DNA of 38,416 nt from a virus. Its lineage: Duplodnaviria > Heunggongvirae > Uroviricota > Caudoviricetes. This document shows, piece by piece, positions 17,798 through 26,520 of the stretch. How positions within the stretch are numbered: the stretch's first letter is position 1; each line of letters starts with the position of its first letter. The notes below the pieces were generated by a model that did no database searches, was not told the origin of the DNA, and was given only the letters and a program-made list of their open reading frames with translations. The DNA lies in the IMG/VR virus record IMGVR_UViG_3300012359_000001, positions 1 through 38,416 of that record; one strand, 5' to 3'. Made by a program: the position numbers and the translations under genes.

Positions 17798-17956
17798 ATG
17801 AAAAAGAAAGCATTGCCACATCCAACGTCACGCCTCCATGTTCTCTGCCCATTCTGCAAGCATAGCGTGTATCGGTTGATGGATGTCTCTCAATTCTGTG
17901 GAAAGTGCTGTACAGAATATAGTGTAAGCAAAAACGGCACTTTGATACTGAACTGA
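17798..17956 (+). CDS. 52-aa zinc-ribbon protein (below ORF-track cutoff)
   Basis: MKKKALP..CPFC..CGKC; starts directly after upstream stop. Confidence 0.5.
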   Translation: MKKKALPHPTSRLHVLCPFCKHSVYRLMDVSQFCGKCCTEYSVSKNGTLILN

Positions 17957-18129
17957 ACCGCTACCCTATTGCAAAGATGGCAGTCAAGGTAGGTGGTATA
18001 AGGATGGAAGAGGGTTAGAGTTTGCGGTAAAGCTTTTCCAGGTACAACGAAGGACACAACAAATATGATCATGCCGTGGGAAATGAGAATATATCTCACG
18101 AATGCTGGCTACGAGAGGGTGGAAATATA

Positions 18130-18381
18130 ATGGCAACTGACACAAGACTTTTAGAAGTACGCAATGGTATCCCGTTTATCGGATGTCTTGAGACTGCACT
18201 GCATAGCGATCTGGTGAAAGAGTGGGAACGCCTCTCAGGAAAGAAGTTGTTGCCAGCCAGTCCACTTGATCGCATGATTGATAGCGCAACTGGTTATGAC
18301 ATGGTAATGATGAGAGAGTTTGCGGATTTTGTGTATGAGTACGTGTTTCTCGCTCTCCCGATAGAAAGCGAAAACAATTGA
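18130..18381 (+). CDS. Hypothetical protein
   Basis: MATDTRLLEV start after GAGGGTGG. Confidence 0.6.
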   Translation: MATDTRLLEVRNGIPFIGCLETALHSDLVKEWERLSGKKLLPASPLDRMIDSATGYDMVMMREFADFVYEYVFLALPIESENN

Positions 18382-18470
18382 ACAAGAAGTTTGCCCTCAT
18401 CCTCCTGCTTATCGCGCTTGCAGCATTTGCAATAGGTTTCTGGATTGGAAGACATCAAAATAGTGAGTGA
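18378..18470 (+). CDS. 30-aa single-pass membrane peptide
   Basis: TTGA overlap; MNKKFALILLLIALAAFAIGFWIGRHQNSE. Confidence 0.5.
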   Translation: MNKKFALILLLIALAAFAIGFWIGRHQNSE

Positions 18471-18746
18471 GTGCAAGAAATTTCCTACCCGCATGTTGCC
18501 TGATAAGTGAAACCGCTCTACAGGCCCTTTCATCAAGTAAGCGTTACCAGTAGCGCTGAGAAGCTCGTAGGACGTGCTAATTATGACCCATACAAACACC
18601 TATCCATACCCTTGTAAGACAGTCTGTTGCCCCTCCTATAGCGTCATTGTGTGAGTACGCTATAGATATTTGGTAGGAATGGTTATACTGGACTCAGGTT
18701 TCTTGGATTTGAGCCATAACCGACCAATGAGAGATCAACGACACGG

Positions 18747-18774
18747 AAATACCCCTCTTGCCAGGGGTATTTTT
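18747..18774. terminator. Bidirectional intrinsic terminator
   Basis: AAATACCCCT-CTTGCC-AGGGGTATTT-TT between convergent units. Confidence 0.8.
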
Positions 18775-18857
18775 ATTGTATCAGGGTTTACAACGTCATT
18801 ATAACTGGGAGGATACTAAGCACTCCACAATGTACTCTTGGCTGCTTGCTATCCTCT

Positions 18858-20258
18858 TTAGAATGCTCCCGCTCCCTTTGGTGTCCCCCATCCAGTAGGT
18901 CCGTCATACCCTGGCCCTGCTGTACACAAGTACTTCGGTGTACAATTCCCATTAGAGCCTGAACGAATGCTGTTGAGGTGGTTTGTGTGCGTGTAGAGAT
19001 AGTTAGGGGTGATTGTACTGGCGTTGCCTGCAAGCGCAAAGACACCCGCAATAATAGGAGCTGACGCGCTAGTACCTCCATAAGTCTGCCAGCCACTTGC
19101 CTTGTAGGAGTTGTACACGGCTACCCCTGTCTCTGGATCAGCCACGGCAGACACATCGGCAACGGTACGCTGTCCGCATCCCTTATCCTTCTGCCAGGAT
19201 GGTTTACTGACGTACTGACTGCATCCTGAACCTGACCCACTCCATGCACTTTCACTCCATCCTCGATTCGTCTCTGTTTGTATTTTGCTGAGTGTTGTCC
19301 CGCCTACAGCCACAACTGTATTCAATGCGGCAGGTAACTGGACACCATAGCCATTATCCCCTGATGAGACCGTGATGATACTGCCTGGATGGGTATAGAA
19401 ATGTGCAATAGAGGAGGCTTCTTGTTCTGTCTCATTGCTTCCGTAACTATTGCTGATCACATTTGCGCCAAGTTGTGCTGCCGTGTCTACAGCCATGCCG
19501 AGATCCGCAAAGGAGGCACTATTCGCCTCTACTAAGAGGATATGGCAATTCGGACAGATGGCACTCACCATATCCAGGTCAAGCGCAATTTCACCTGACC
19601 AACTTGTATTCGCCATAGGGTAGCGTATTGAGCCTGCTTGATTGACTTTGCGAAAACATCCGTTTGCAGAGGAGCAAGGGGGAAGATGAAAGAAGGAGCG
19701 ATACACGCGCAGATCAGATTCGGCGTGAGAATTATCATAGGCATCCACAATTGCAACGGTCTGGTTCTTGCTTGCAGTGTTTGTATCACTGTCCAGGCCA
19801 TAGGCAGATTGCAAATCGTCGGGTTTAAGGCCCGACGACGTTGTAGCAGTAGTATTATCAAGGAGACGCAAGAATGCAGAGTCAGGTGCTCGTACGCGTA
19901 TCCCTGTCCGGTCTAGGAGCACTTTGTTGCATCCTCCAATGATCACACTTGCCTTGAGCAGTGCTGTATGTGCGTCTCCTTGGAAGATTAACTGATATTG
20001 ACGCGAGATATAGAAAGCACAGATTTGATGGTTATCATGTGCCGGTAACGCTGTGAGGTGCTGATAGATCGTCTTGACTACCGTTCTATCGCTAACCGTT
20101 TGCACGGTGGTGTGCAGTCCACCTGACGGTGCAGGACTACGCACAATGGTTAAGAGAGTGGGTGTATTTGCTTGCGATTGAGCACATGCTACAGGGATAT
20201 TGATACTGAGACCGACGAGCAGGAATAGAACAAGAATAATGAGATACCGTATCTTCAA
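18858..20258 (-). CDS. Secreted S53 (sedolisin-like) serine peptidase
   Basis: Signal peptide; EIALD (Glu/Asp), SSGDNG, GGTSASAP (Ser); TTG start with GGAGG. Confidence 0.85.
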   Translation of the reverse strand: MKIRYLIILVLFLLVGLSINIPVACAQSQANTPTLLTIVRSPAPSGGLHTTVQTVSDRTVVKTIYQHLTALPAHDNHQICAFYISRQYQLIFQGDAHTALLKASVIIGGCNKVLLDRTGIRVRAPDSAFLRLLDNTTATTSSGLKPDDLQSAYGLDSDTNTASKNQTVAIVDAYDNSHAESDLRVYRSFFHLPPCSSANGCFRKVNQAGSIRYPMANTSWSGEIALDLDMVSAICPNCHILLVEANSASFADLGMAVDTAAQLGANVISNSYGSNETEQEASSIAHFYTHPGSIITVSSGDNGYGVQLPAALNTVVAVGGTTLSKIQTETNRGWSESAWSGSGSGCSQYVSKPSWQKDKGCGQRTVADVSAVADPETGVAVYNSYKASGWQTYGGTSASAPIIAGVFALAGNASTITPNYLYTHTNHLNSIRSGSNGNCTPKYLCTAGPGYDGPTGWGTPKGAGAF

Positions 20259-20348
20259 CGTTGCTTCCCTCCTTGATTGCTTCCCCTGCTGTCAGTATAG
20301 CCCTCATATCAGAATTTTTTGAGCATGGGAAACTGATAGGAAAAAGCC

Positions 20349-20378
20349 TTGACATTGTACTACAAATTGTAGTACAAT
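20349..20378 (+). promoter_or_regulatory. Sigma70 promoter overlapped by a 25-bp palindrome
   Basis: TTGACA-N18-TACAAT; ATTGTACTACAA-A-TTGTAGTACAAT (20354-20378). Confidence 0.8.
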
Positions 20379-20432
20379 GAGAATGTACCAAGTGAGGTTA
20401 CAAACAAGAGTAGCGAAACGGAAGAAGATATC

Positions 20433-20795
20433 ATGCAAGCATTAAAACAAGCCCTCGAAGCATTTCTGAAGTCCGACGACTTTGCAGAAGGTATCACGAA
20501 GTCCACAAAAGCTAGTTGGGGCGGTTCAGGGTACAGCGTAGAGTTGTTTGAAGATGAGACGTGGCGCGTGCTGTGGAACAACGAAATCGGCAACTTGTAC
20601 GAGACGCCAGGGCTTATCATGAAACTCCCCGTTTGGGACGATAGCGATTATCAAGAAACAGTCAATGCCGCCGATCCCGCTTTGCAGTTGAGCGAGGAGG
20701 AATACTTTGAACAGTGTGCTATCAACGAGAAAGACGATTTAGCACAAGAGATGCGTGACGATTTGTACGACCGGTCAGTACGCTATGCAGAATAA
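20433..20795 (+). CDS. Acidic hypothetical protein
   Basis: First ORF after promoter. Confidence 0.7.
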   Translation: MQALKQALEAFLKSDDFAEGITKSTKASWGGSGYSVELFEDETWRVLWNNEIGNLYETPGLIMKLPVWDDSDYQETVNAADPALQLSEEEYFEQCAINEKDDLAQEMRDDLYDRSVRYAE

Positions 20796-20805
20796 GGAAA
20801 CAAGC

Positions 20806-21258
20806 ATGACAGACGTTGATGAAAGCAAGTATCCCCGTATAATTCTTCGTTCAGGTGAGTATCTTAACAAGAAATTGTCGGAGCGAAGTATCCAGAATGA
20901 TGACATCGACAAAAAAAACATCAGTATGAATCAAGTCGGTAAACGCGATCTTATCCGATGGTACGAAACACTTCAAGAGGTTCTTCCTGCTTTCTCACAT
21001 GAAGAGGCACGCACTCTCTGTGCGTGCCTGAACGGGGTCAGGTGTTCAGCAAGCACTCTCTATGGCAATATTGTTTGCGCTGATGAACTGGAGTCAAACC
21101 AGTGGAACATCGATAGAACAGACCTACTTGAAAGGATTAGAGTATTGTCCACTATCGAGGCATGGGCAATAATTGACGCTGTAGAGCGTGCGTGGAACGC
21201 TCCTACGTACAGTATTGATTTGAATAAGCGTATTATGTTTGTTGGATTAGTGAAGTGA
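20806..21258 (+). CDS. Hypothetical protein, possible DNA-binding regulator
   Basis: AAGGA RBS before MTDVDE; C-terminal WAIIDAVERAW. Confidence 0.65.
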   Translation: MTDVDESKYPRIILRSGEYLNKKLSERSIQNDDIDKKNISMNQVGKRDLIRWYETLQEVLPAFSHEEARTLCACLNGVRCSASTLYGNIVCADELESNQWNIDRTDLLERIRVLSTIEAWAIIDAVERAWNAPTYSIDLNKRIMFVGLVK

Positions 21259-21476
21259 GTGCCAGCAAACAGCAAAAACTAGAATGGTACCATCGTAACA
21301 AACAACGCCTTGCGCTTGCGCGTTATGAGAAAAAGCGCAATAAGCAGTTGACGGATGAGGAGCGTCTAGCCTATGAATGGTCACTAGCGCCGTTTGTAGA
21401 AGCATTCCCATACCGGATAGAACAGGAAGAAGGATATACATTTCTCGACTTCCTGTTAGAATCAGAAACAGTATAA
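21255..21476 (+). CDS. Hypothetical protein with basic N-terminus
   Basis: GTGA overlap. Confidence 0.6.
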   Translation: MSASKQQKLEWYHRNKQRLALARYEKKRNKQLTDEERLAYEWSLAPFVEAFPYRIEQEEGYTFLDFLLESETV

Positions 21477-21493
21477 GAAAAGGAAAAGGAATC

Positions 21494-21739
21494 GTGAATT
21501 ATAGCGAATGGAGCACTGATCTTCTTATCGAGCAATATAGCGTAGCACTTCAGGCTATGCAACCTGAGTCACTGAGCGAGTCTGTAGCACACACGCATGA
21601 TGCTACAGACTCGCTCAATCTCTCTGTTTTTCTGGGATGCAAGGCAGAGCAACTTCACCCGATAACATGGGAACTACAAAAGCGAGGTGTTGAAATATCA
21701 ACCATACCAACATTACAAACAATGGTATGGAACTCCTAA
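21494..21739 (+). CDS. Hypothetical protein
   Basis: AAGGA RBS, GTG start MNYSEW. Confidence 0.55.
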   Translation: MNYSEWSTDLLIEQYSVALQAMQPESLSESVAHTHDATDSLNLSVFLGCKAEQLHPITWELQKRGVEISTIPTLQTMVWNS

Positions 21740-21822
21740 CCAATTCGTAGAAAAGTAGCAACTGGTTTGGATGTATATCTGAGCAAAATCGGGTATACAT
21801 CGAAAAAGAAAGGATAATAATC

Positions 21823-22119
21823 ATGGAAAGAATTGATTTAGCCGCATTAGCGAATGCTTGTCCTATCCTCTGTTCTCCCCAGGAGAACAGTGATGAGCGA
21901 TTAGAACAAGGATATCCCTATAGTCTTGAGAATGGATATTATGCTTTATTCATGCCCTCTGAATATCAAAACAATTGGGGCAGGATGAATATTGCCCACA
22001 CGAGTGATACAGATCGTGCTGTAATATACCGTGCTGATTGCAAAGATGCAGAGACAGGCGTTGCACAGTGGCACTGTGATACATCTGGATCAACTTCTTA
22101 TGCCCCTTATAGCGCATAG
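21823..22119 (+). CDS. Hypothetical protein
   Basis: AAAGGA RBS. Confidence 0.6.
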   Translation: MERIDLAALANACPILCSPQENSDERLEQGYPYSLENGYYALFMPSEYQNNWGRMNIAHTSDTDRAVIYRADCKDAETGVAQWHCDTSGSTSYAPYSA

Positions 22120-22211
22120 AGGCGAAACATGTTTGCAGCAGAGTTTGAAAGTTTCTATGCTGACTTGCTAGCAAGCGAGGATATCAATTCGTAAGGAAGG
22201 AAATAACCATC

Positions 22212-22409
22212 ATGGCACTTACAAGAAACAGTCAGGACGAGCCAATTTGCGACCTCTGCGGAAATAACGCGCTGTCAATGGATTTATGGTCAGATGAGCA
22301 GAAAGATCACGATGCCCCTACCGATCCATTGATAGATCACTATGTATGCAGGCATGAAGAGGAGTGCCAGGAAGCCGCAAAGTCCTGGGGGTGGCACTTC
22401 GTTCGTTAG
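22212..22409 (+). CDS. Small Cys/His hypothetical protein
   Basis: CDLC...YVCRH..C; AAGGA RBS. Confidence 0.65.
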   Translation: MALTRNSQDEPICDLCGNNALSMDLWSDEQKDHDAPTDPLIDHYVCRHEEECQEAAKSWGWHFVR

Positions 22410-22448
22410 TTGACAACAACAGGGAAGGTATGCTATTCTTTCCCTGTT
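22410..22448 (+). promoter_or_regulatory. Promoter of the CRISPR-like RNA, with inverted repeat around -10
   Basis: TTGACA-N18-TATTCT with TGn; AACAGGGAA (22418-22426)/TTCCCTGTT (22440-22448). Confidence 0.7.
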
Positions 22449-22520
22449 CCCGTTTACGGGATTGAAACATTTCTTTCTTTACACAATACATGCACTCTAT
22501 CCCGCTTGCGGGTTTACTAC
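22432..22520 (+). CRISPR. Solitary CRISPR-repeat-like unit / degenerate mini-array (no cas genes)
   Basis: TCCCG-TTTA-CGGG followed by ATTGAAAC (canonical 8-nt handle); 32 nt later a second CCCG-CTTG-CGGG hairpin plus 8 nt. Confidence 0.65.
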
Positions 22521-22569
22521 GACAACAAAAACACTTCTCCTTTTTTACAGGAGAAGTGTTTTTGTTGTC
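22521..22569. terminator. 21-bp perfect hairpin, probable bidirectional terminator
   Basis: GACAACAAAAACACTTCTCCT-N7-AGGAGAAGTGTTTTTGTTGTC. Confidence 0.8.
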
Positions 22570-22624
22570 AGGCGAAGAAATATACGTATTGCAAAACTGC
22601 AACACCTCTACCTTAAGTATATCA

Positions 22625-23191
22625 TCACAACCAGAAAATACTCATTCCTGGCATCGTTGCTCCTCCGCTAATGGTAATGCCATTCACGCATCCAACTCCC
22701 TGAGCCGGACCGACATCATACCCAAGTGGCGCGGATGTCGTAAGCATGCCCACAATTGTCCCAGAGGTTGTCGTAGCATTATCGTATGCAGCAGGCGAAC
22801 CTGCTCCAACCGTCGTTACCAGGAATCCATAGAATATTCCTGCACTAGCTTTAATGATCGTTGGCCCGGTTGCACCAGCGGCTATCGGTGTTTTGTTTAC
22901 TCCGGCAAACGCAACAGTTGACGAGCCGCCTACAGAGTCAACGATCACATGCCCGATCACATTTGTCCCGGCAGGAATGGCTGTAGTCACTTTTACTGAC
23001 GCGTTACCGGATGCGTCTATAGCAAGCTTTTGCGTTGTTGTACTGGGATCATTGATGGTAACACTACTGCTAGCCTCCGTGGTCGCGTTAATGCTCCCAT
23101 CGCTATTGATAGCCAACAAGTGCGTTATATCGGTTGGATCGGCAATAGTTACAATTCCTACGGTCCGGATTGGCTGTACTGGTGTTGTCAT
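22625..23191 (-). CDS. Thr/Ala/Gly-rich beta-type protein, probably virion-associated
   Basis: Two copies of TIxDP..T..LAIxxxG; AAGGAG RBS; last gene of the lysis operon. Confidence 0.75.
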   Translation of the reverse strand: MTTPVQPIRTVGIVTIADPTDITHLLAINSDGSINATTEASSSVTINDPSTTTQKLAIDASGNASVKVTTAIPAGTNVIGHVIVDSVGGSSTVAFAGVNKTPIAAGATGPTIIKASAGIFYGFLVTTVGAGSPAAYDNATTTSGTIVGMLTTSAPLGYDVGPAQGVGCVNGITISGGATMPGMSIFWL

Positions 23192-23535
23192 GTATCGCTC
23201 CTTTTGTTCTCATCTAGAATAGTTTGTCTCGCGTCAGCATTTCCTTTCGTATCAGGTGCACCATTTTTTGAAGTGAGAACCTCATTCCGTAAAAAATGCT
23301 GTAGAGGAATGAACGTCTCAGCCTGCAATGCAAATGTCGCGGTCACAATGATGGGCAGATCGGATACAGGGTTACCCGTTAATTGTCCCTGGATGAGTAG
23401 GTCAAGCACAACTACCAGGATAATCGTACCTGCGGCTAGCAACATATTGATCTGTTTGGGCCATGTATCACGTTGCAAGAGATACGAGACAACGAAGGCG
23501 ATAGGAGGAAGGATATCAGTAACTTGTATGTGCAT
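23188..23535 (-). CDS. Putative holin
   Basis: Small, 2-3 hydrophobic helices, charged C-terminus, in the lysis cluster. Confidence 0.6.
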   Translation of the reverse strand: MHIQVTDILPPIAFVVSYLLQRDTWPKQINMLLAAGTIILVVVLDLLIQGQLTGNPVSDLPIIVTATFALQAETFIPLQHFLRNEVLTSKNGAPDTKGNADARQTILDENKRSDT

Positions 23536-23561
23536 GAGAATACTCCTCTTTCAATAATGCA

Positions 23562-24287
23562 CTATGGCGCTCCTGGTGGCTCTCTCTTCTCAAGCAGGAC
23601 AATGGGCGTCGGTTCTGCTCTGATGTGTGCTGGCTGCTCTGGTAGAGGTGCTGCTGGTACCGTTTGTTGCGTGTGTATCCATCGTAAAAATCCGATGAAA
23701 CTGAGGATAACGAGAAGTGCGACGAGCATAACCAACACGGTTTCTATGATAAAGAGATGCCAGAATACTTCATCGATCCTTTGTTGCCAGAATATATTAA
23801 CCTGAGACATCACGATATAGTAGTTGTTTTCGTGGTCAAGCACAATTTGCAACTGGATCTTCGCTTTATCTGATTGATCGGTAGGATTAGCAAGAATATG
23901 TTGAAGCGCGGTATTGATTGAGGTGTAGTCTGATTGTGCCTGTGTAACGAGCAAGAGAATATTGGCAGGAGGGTGAGCAGGAAGTCCTAACGCGGGATCA
24001 CCTACCTGTAAGCCTTTTTGTGTTGCCTGCCAATTGGGAAGAATATTTTGTGCCTCACTTACCGCTTGTGTGAAGTCAGAAGGACCGCCCGACGTACCAG
24101 CAATGATCAATGCATCTTTCGTCAAACGCTCTACTCTGGCGCGCTGTAAACCCACCTGAGACATAACATTAGCTGCACTTCCATAAAGTACCCATACACC
24201 CAGGAAGCCCCACAAGAGCAAACAGAGAAAGAGCGTTCCTACGAAGCACATCCATACATAGGTTTTCTGTTTTTTTGACATACGCAC
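23562..24287 (-). CDS. Two-TM protein with a NarX/PilJ-like extracytoplasmic helical domain and no output domain
   Basis: TM1, then VMSQVGLQRARVERLTK (resembles the NarX P-box), TM2, short Pro-rich tail. Confidence 0.65.
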   Translation of the reverse strand: MRMSKKQKTYVWMCFVGTLFLCLLLWGFLGVWVLYGSAANVMSQVGLQRARVERLTKDALIIAGTSGGPSDFTQAVSEAQNILPNWQATQKGLQVGDPALGLPAHPPANILLLVTQAQSDYTSINTALQHILANPTDQSDKAKIQLQIVLDHENNYYIVMSQVNIFWQQRIDEVFWHLFIIETVLVMLVALLVILSFIGFLRWIHTQQTVPAAPLPEQPAHIRAEPTPIVLLEKREPPGAP

Positions 24288-24288
24288 C

Positions 24289-24612
24289 TTAAAAGTAGTG
24301 AGTGATGTACGCGGTAAGAATGCTAAGTCCTACGCCGAGTGTAATTGAAATTGCTGTCCAAAGTATTTTGACATGCGCCTTTTCCTGTTCAAGCCGTGCT
24401 TGCTCCTGCTCTTTACCCATATCTTCTACTCTTGACTTCATGCCAGTCAGTTCCGTCTCAAGACGTGCAATAATCTCTTGCATATGTTGTAACTTGAGTG
24501 TATTTTCCTTGACTGGCTCATAGGCTGTAAGTTGCATCTTGAGTTGTGCAAAGTCCTTTTCCATCATGGAAACACGGTACAGAAGCACTTCAAGCGATTC
24601 TGGCATGGTCAT
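24289..24612 (-). CDS. Coiled-coil protein with C-terminal TM (XhlA/holin-like accessory lysis protein)
   Basis: ATGA overlap; heptad pattern then ILWTAISITLGVGLSILTAY. Confidence 0.65.
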   Translation of the reverse strand: MTMPESLEVLLYRVSMMEKDFAQLKMQLTAYEPVKENTLKLQHMQEIIARLETELTGMKSRVEDMGKEQEQARLEQEKAHVKILWTAISITLGVGLSILTAYITHYF

Positions 24613-24950
24613 CCCTTTTGCATCTTTTCTTGTTCTCGAATAAGGGCATCGAGCGTAAAGTTCCACGTTAGTTTCAGTTCAGGGTGTCGGCGCTCAAAGA
24701 GTTCAGTAAGCGAGATGATCGTACTTGCAATACTGTCGCGCAGTCTACCGATAGCATATTTCTGTTCGCTATCCAACCGTTCCCACTCTTTTGATAGTGA
24801 TGAGTGGGTATGACCAGGACATAGCCCTTGATCCGGTATGGATTTCGGTTCGTGGCGTACTTCATGGGGCGAACACTGCTCAAATACTAGTGTCCACTCA
24901 AAGCGTAACAATCCCCCGCACTGCTTACAAATGTTCTCTTGCTCACTCAT
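24609..24950 (-). CDS. Hypothetical protein
   Basis: ATGA overlaps at both ends; CKQCGG. Confidence 0.6.
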   Translation of the reverse strand: MSEQENICKQCGGLLRFEWTLVFEQCSPHEVRHEPKSIPDQGLCPGHTHSSLSKEWERLDSEQKYAIGRLRDSIASTIISLTELFERRHPELKLTWNFTLDALIREQEKMQKG

Positions 24951-25915
24951 TTCTTTGAGGCTTTGAGATCTGCTATCTGTTTTTGTAGTCCCTCTACCAG
25001 TTTCATGTATGCATAGATCTCTTCGCCTGAACTGCACACAACCACACCGCGATCAGGATAATACACGAGTTTCTCGTTCTTCAGGATAACAAAGGAACCT
25101 TGTTTTGGGTCAAGATGTATTTCTGGATGTGGAGAACCGACTTCCTCCATAAGTGGTTCGTCATCAGGGGGCCACGTGGGCGCGTCAAGCACGTGCTGTC
25201 TGAAACCATGTTCCAGATAGTGCCCATTCTTTGCAGTAAGTTTTCCGTCTTTATCAGTCCATCCGGCGGGTACTGGCATGGTATCTCCTCCTGTTGGTGG
25301 TGTATTGTTTGCAGGTCGTGGCATCCAGGGTGGCACGATTACGGTTGCAGACACGAATCGTAAACGCGATGCGTCATAATGGCGCGGTCCAGGTCGTAGC
25401 GAGTTTGGGTTATATAGATTGGTACAATTTGCAGGATCACGCACAACAAAGTTTCCATCAGGGAGTACGCCTGTCATGAGGAAGATGTGATTACCTGCTG
25501 GATTCCAGGGATAGGGGTTATGTCCTAATCCCAAATCAAACACCGATGTCTCTGCAACGGCTACGACGATAGGGTACCCTGCCTTGAGCCAGCCTTGCAT
25601 GACATGAATGTCGAGTGGCAAACCCTGATAGTGCAATCCCAGGTGTTGCAAGAGATCGTATTCCTCTTGCATAGACATACCTGCTGTATTAGTGCCAAGA
25701 TTATTTCCATGATCTTTTGCATACCACGCTTCAGCCTGATCAATGACCTCTCGTACACTCAGTACTGGATTTTGCCCGACCGTTGCCATACTCTTTGCCA
25801 TCACGCAAGAAAAGTAGCCGCAGGCGTACTCGGTAAGTGGCTTCCCGTTACTCCACTGAAACTGTGATACCTCTAATACATCCACTATCTCTAATGTGCT
25901 GTTTAACTTGACCAT
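24947..25915 (-). CDS. C39-like cysteine peptidase, putative endolysin
   Basis: ACG Cys, GNHIF His, VRDP Asp; Pro-rich linker; GAGG RBS before MVKL; heads the TM/holin cluster. Confidence 0.75.
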   Translation of the reverse strand: MVKLNSTLEIVDVLEVSQFQWSNGKPLTEYACGYFSCVMAKSMATVGQNPVLSVREVIDQAEAWYAKDHGNNLGTNTAGMSMQEEYDLLQHLGLHYQGLPLDIHVMQGWLKAGYPIVVAVAETSVFDLGLGHNPYPWNPAGNHIFLMTGVLPDGNFVVRDPANCTNLYNPNSLRPGPRHYDASRLRFVSATVIVPPWMPRPANNTPPTGGDTMPVPAGWTDKDGKLTAKNGHYLEHGFRQHVLDAPTWPPDDEPLMEEVGSPHPEIHLDPKQGSFVILKNEKLVYYPDRGVVVCSSGEEIYAYMKLVEGLQKQIADLKASKK

Positions 25916-26018
25916 GCATTCCTCCCTTGACTGATTGCTTCCTCTCTTAGCATACACCTGACCGAACAACGAGTTTGACGGATGTTGGGAAGTTGGGATG
26001 ATATTGGTCTAAAATCCA

Positions 26019-26047
26019 TTGACAATCTGTACATTATGATGTACAAT
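26019..26047 (+). promoter_or_regulatory. Sigma70 promoter with palindrome
   Basis: TTGACA-N17-TACAAT; TGTACAT-N4-ATGTACA (26028-26045). Confidence 0.8.
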
Positions 26048-26088
26048 ATGAGAGTAGAAGAGAGTACAAATAACGAAGGGAAACGGAC

Positions 26089-26460
26089 ATGACAGCACAG
26101 ACAACTACCGACACATTCAGGGTCATTTATACATGCAGGAACCGCAACTGCACACATATATGGGCGTTGGAGTATCGCAACGAGGGTACAGACCGTTTCG
26201 GTCTTCCCTATGGCACGCGTGAATTAAAAGCACATGAGACAGCAACAGCGTATGATATCCGTGATCGTGGGCGATCACATCAGGCTGATGTTATGGGTGA
26301 CTTGCGTTGTCCTAAATGTACTTGCAATCTGCCAAAGAGTGTGCGTGTGAACGGACACTATAGTGAAGCCCATAAATGCGATGCAAGGTGTATGGGAGCA
26401 AAGGGACCTAATTGTGATTGTCAATGTGGTGGAGAGAACCACGGCGCGAGTTATCTCTAG
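26089..26460 (+). CDS. Cys-rich phage hypothetical protein
   Basis: HKCDARC..A.GPNCDCQCGGENHG motif. Confidence 0.75.
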   Translation: MTAQTTTDTFRVIYTCRNRNCTHIWALEYRNEGTDRFGLPYGTRELKAHETATAYDIRDRGRSHQADVMGDLRCPKCTCNLPKSVRVNGHYSEAHKCDARCMGAKGPNCDCQCGGENHGASYL

Positions 26461-26520
26461 CAATTGAGACAATTGAGTACCGTTCCTGGTACTCAATGGA
26501 TGGAAGGGAAAATAACAGTT

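Noticed and set aside
22432-22520. Calling this a conventional CRISPR array
   Set aside because: Only one good repeat end and one degenerate hairpin; no third unit, no cas genes, and spacing too short for full repeat-spacer-repeat geometry.
23030-23557. 175-aa plus-strand ORF
   Set aside because: Antisense to the holin and neighbouring gene; no RBS or motif.
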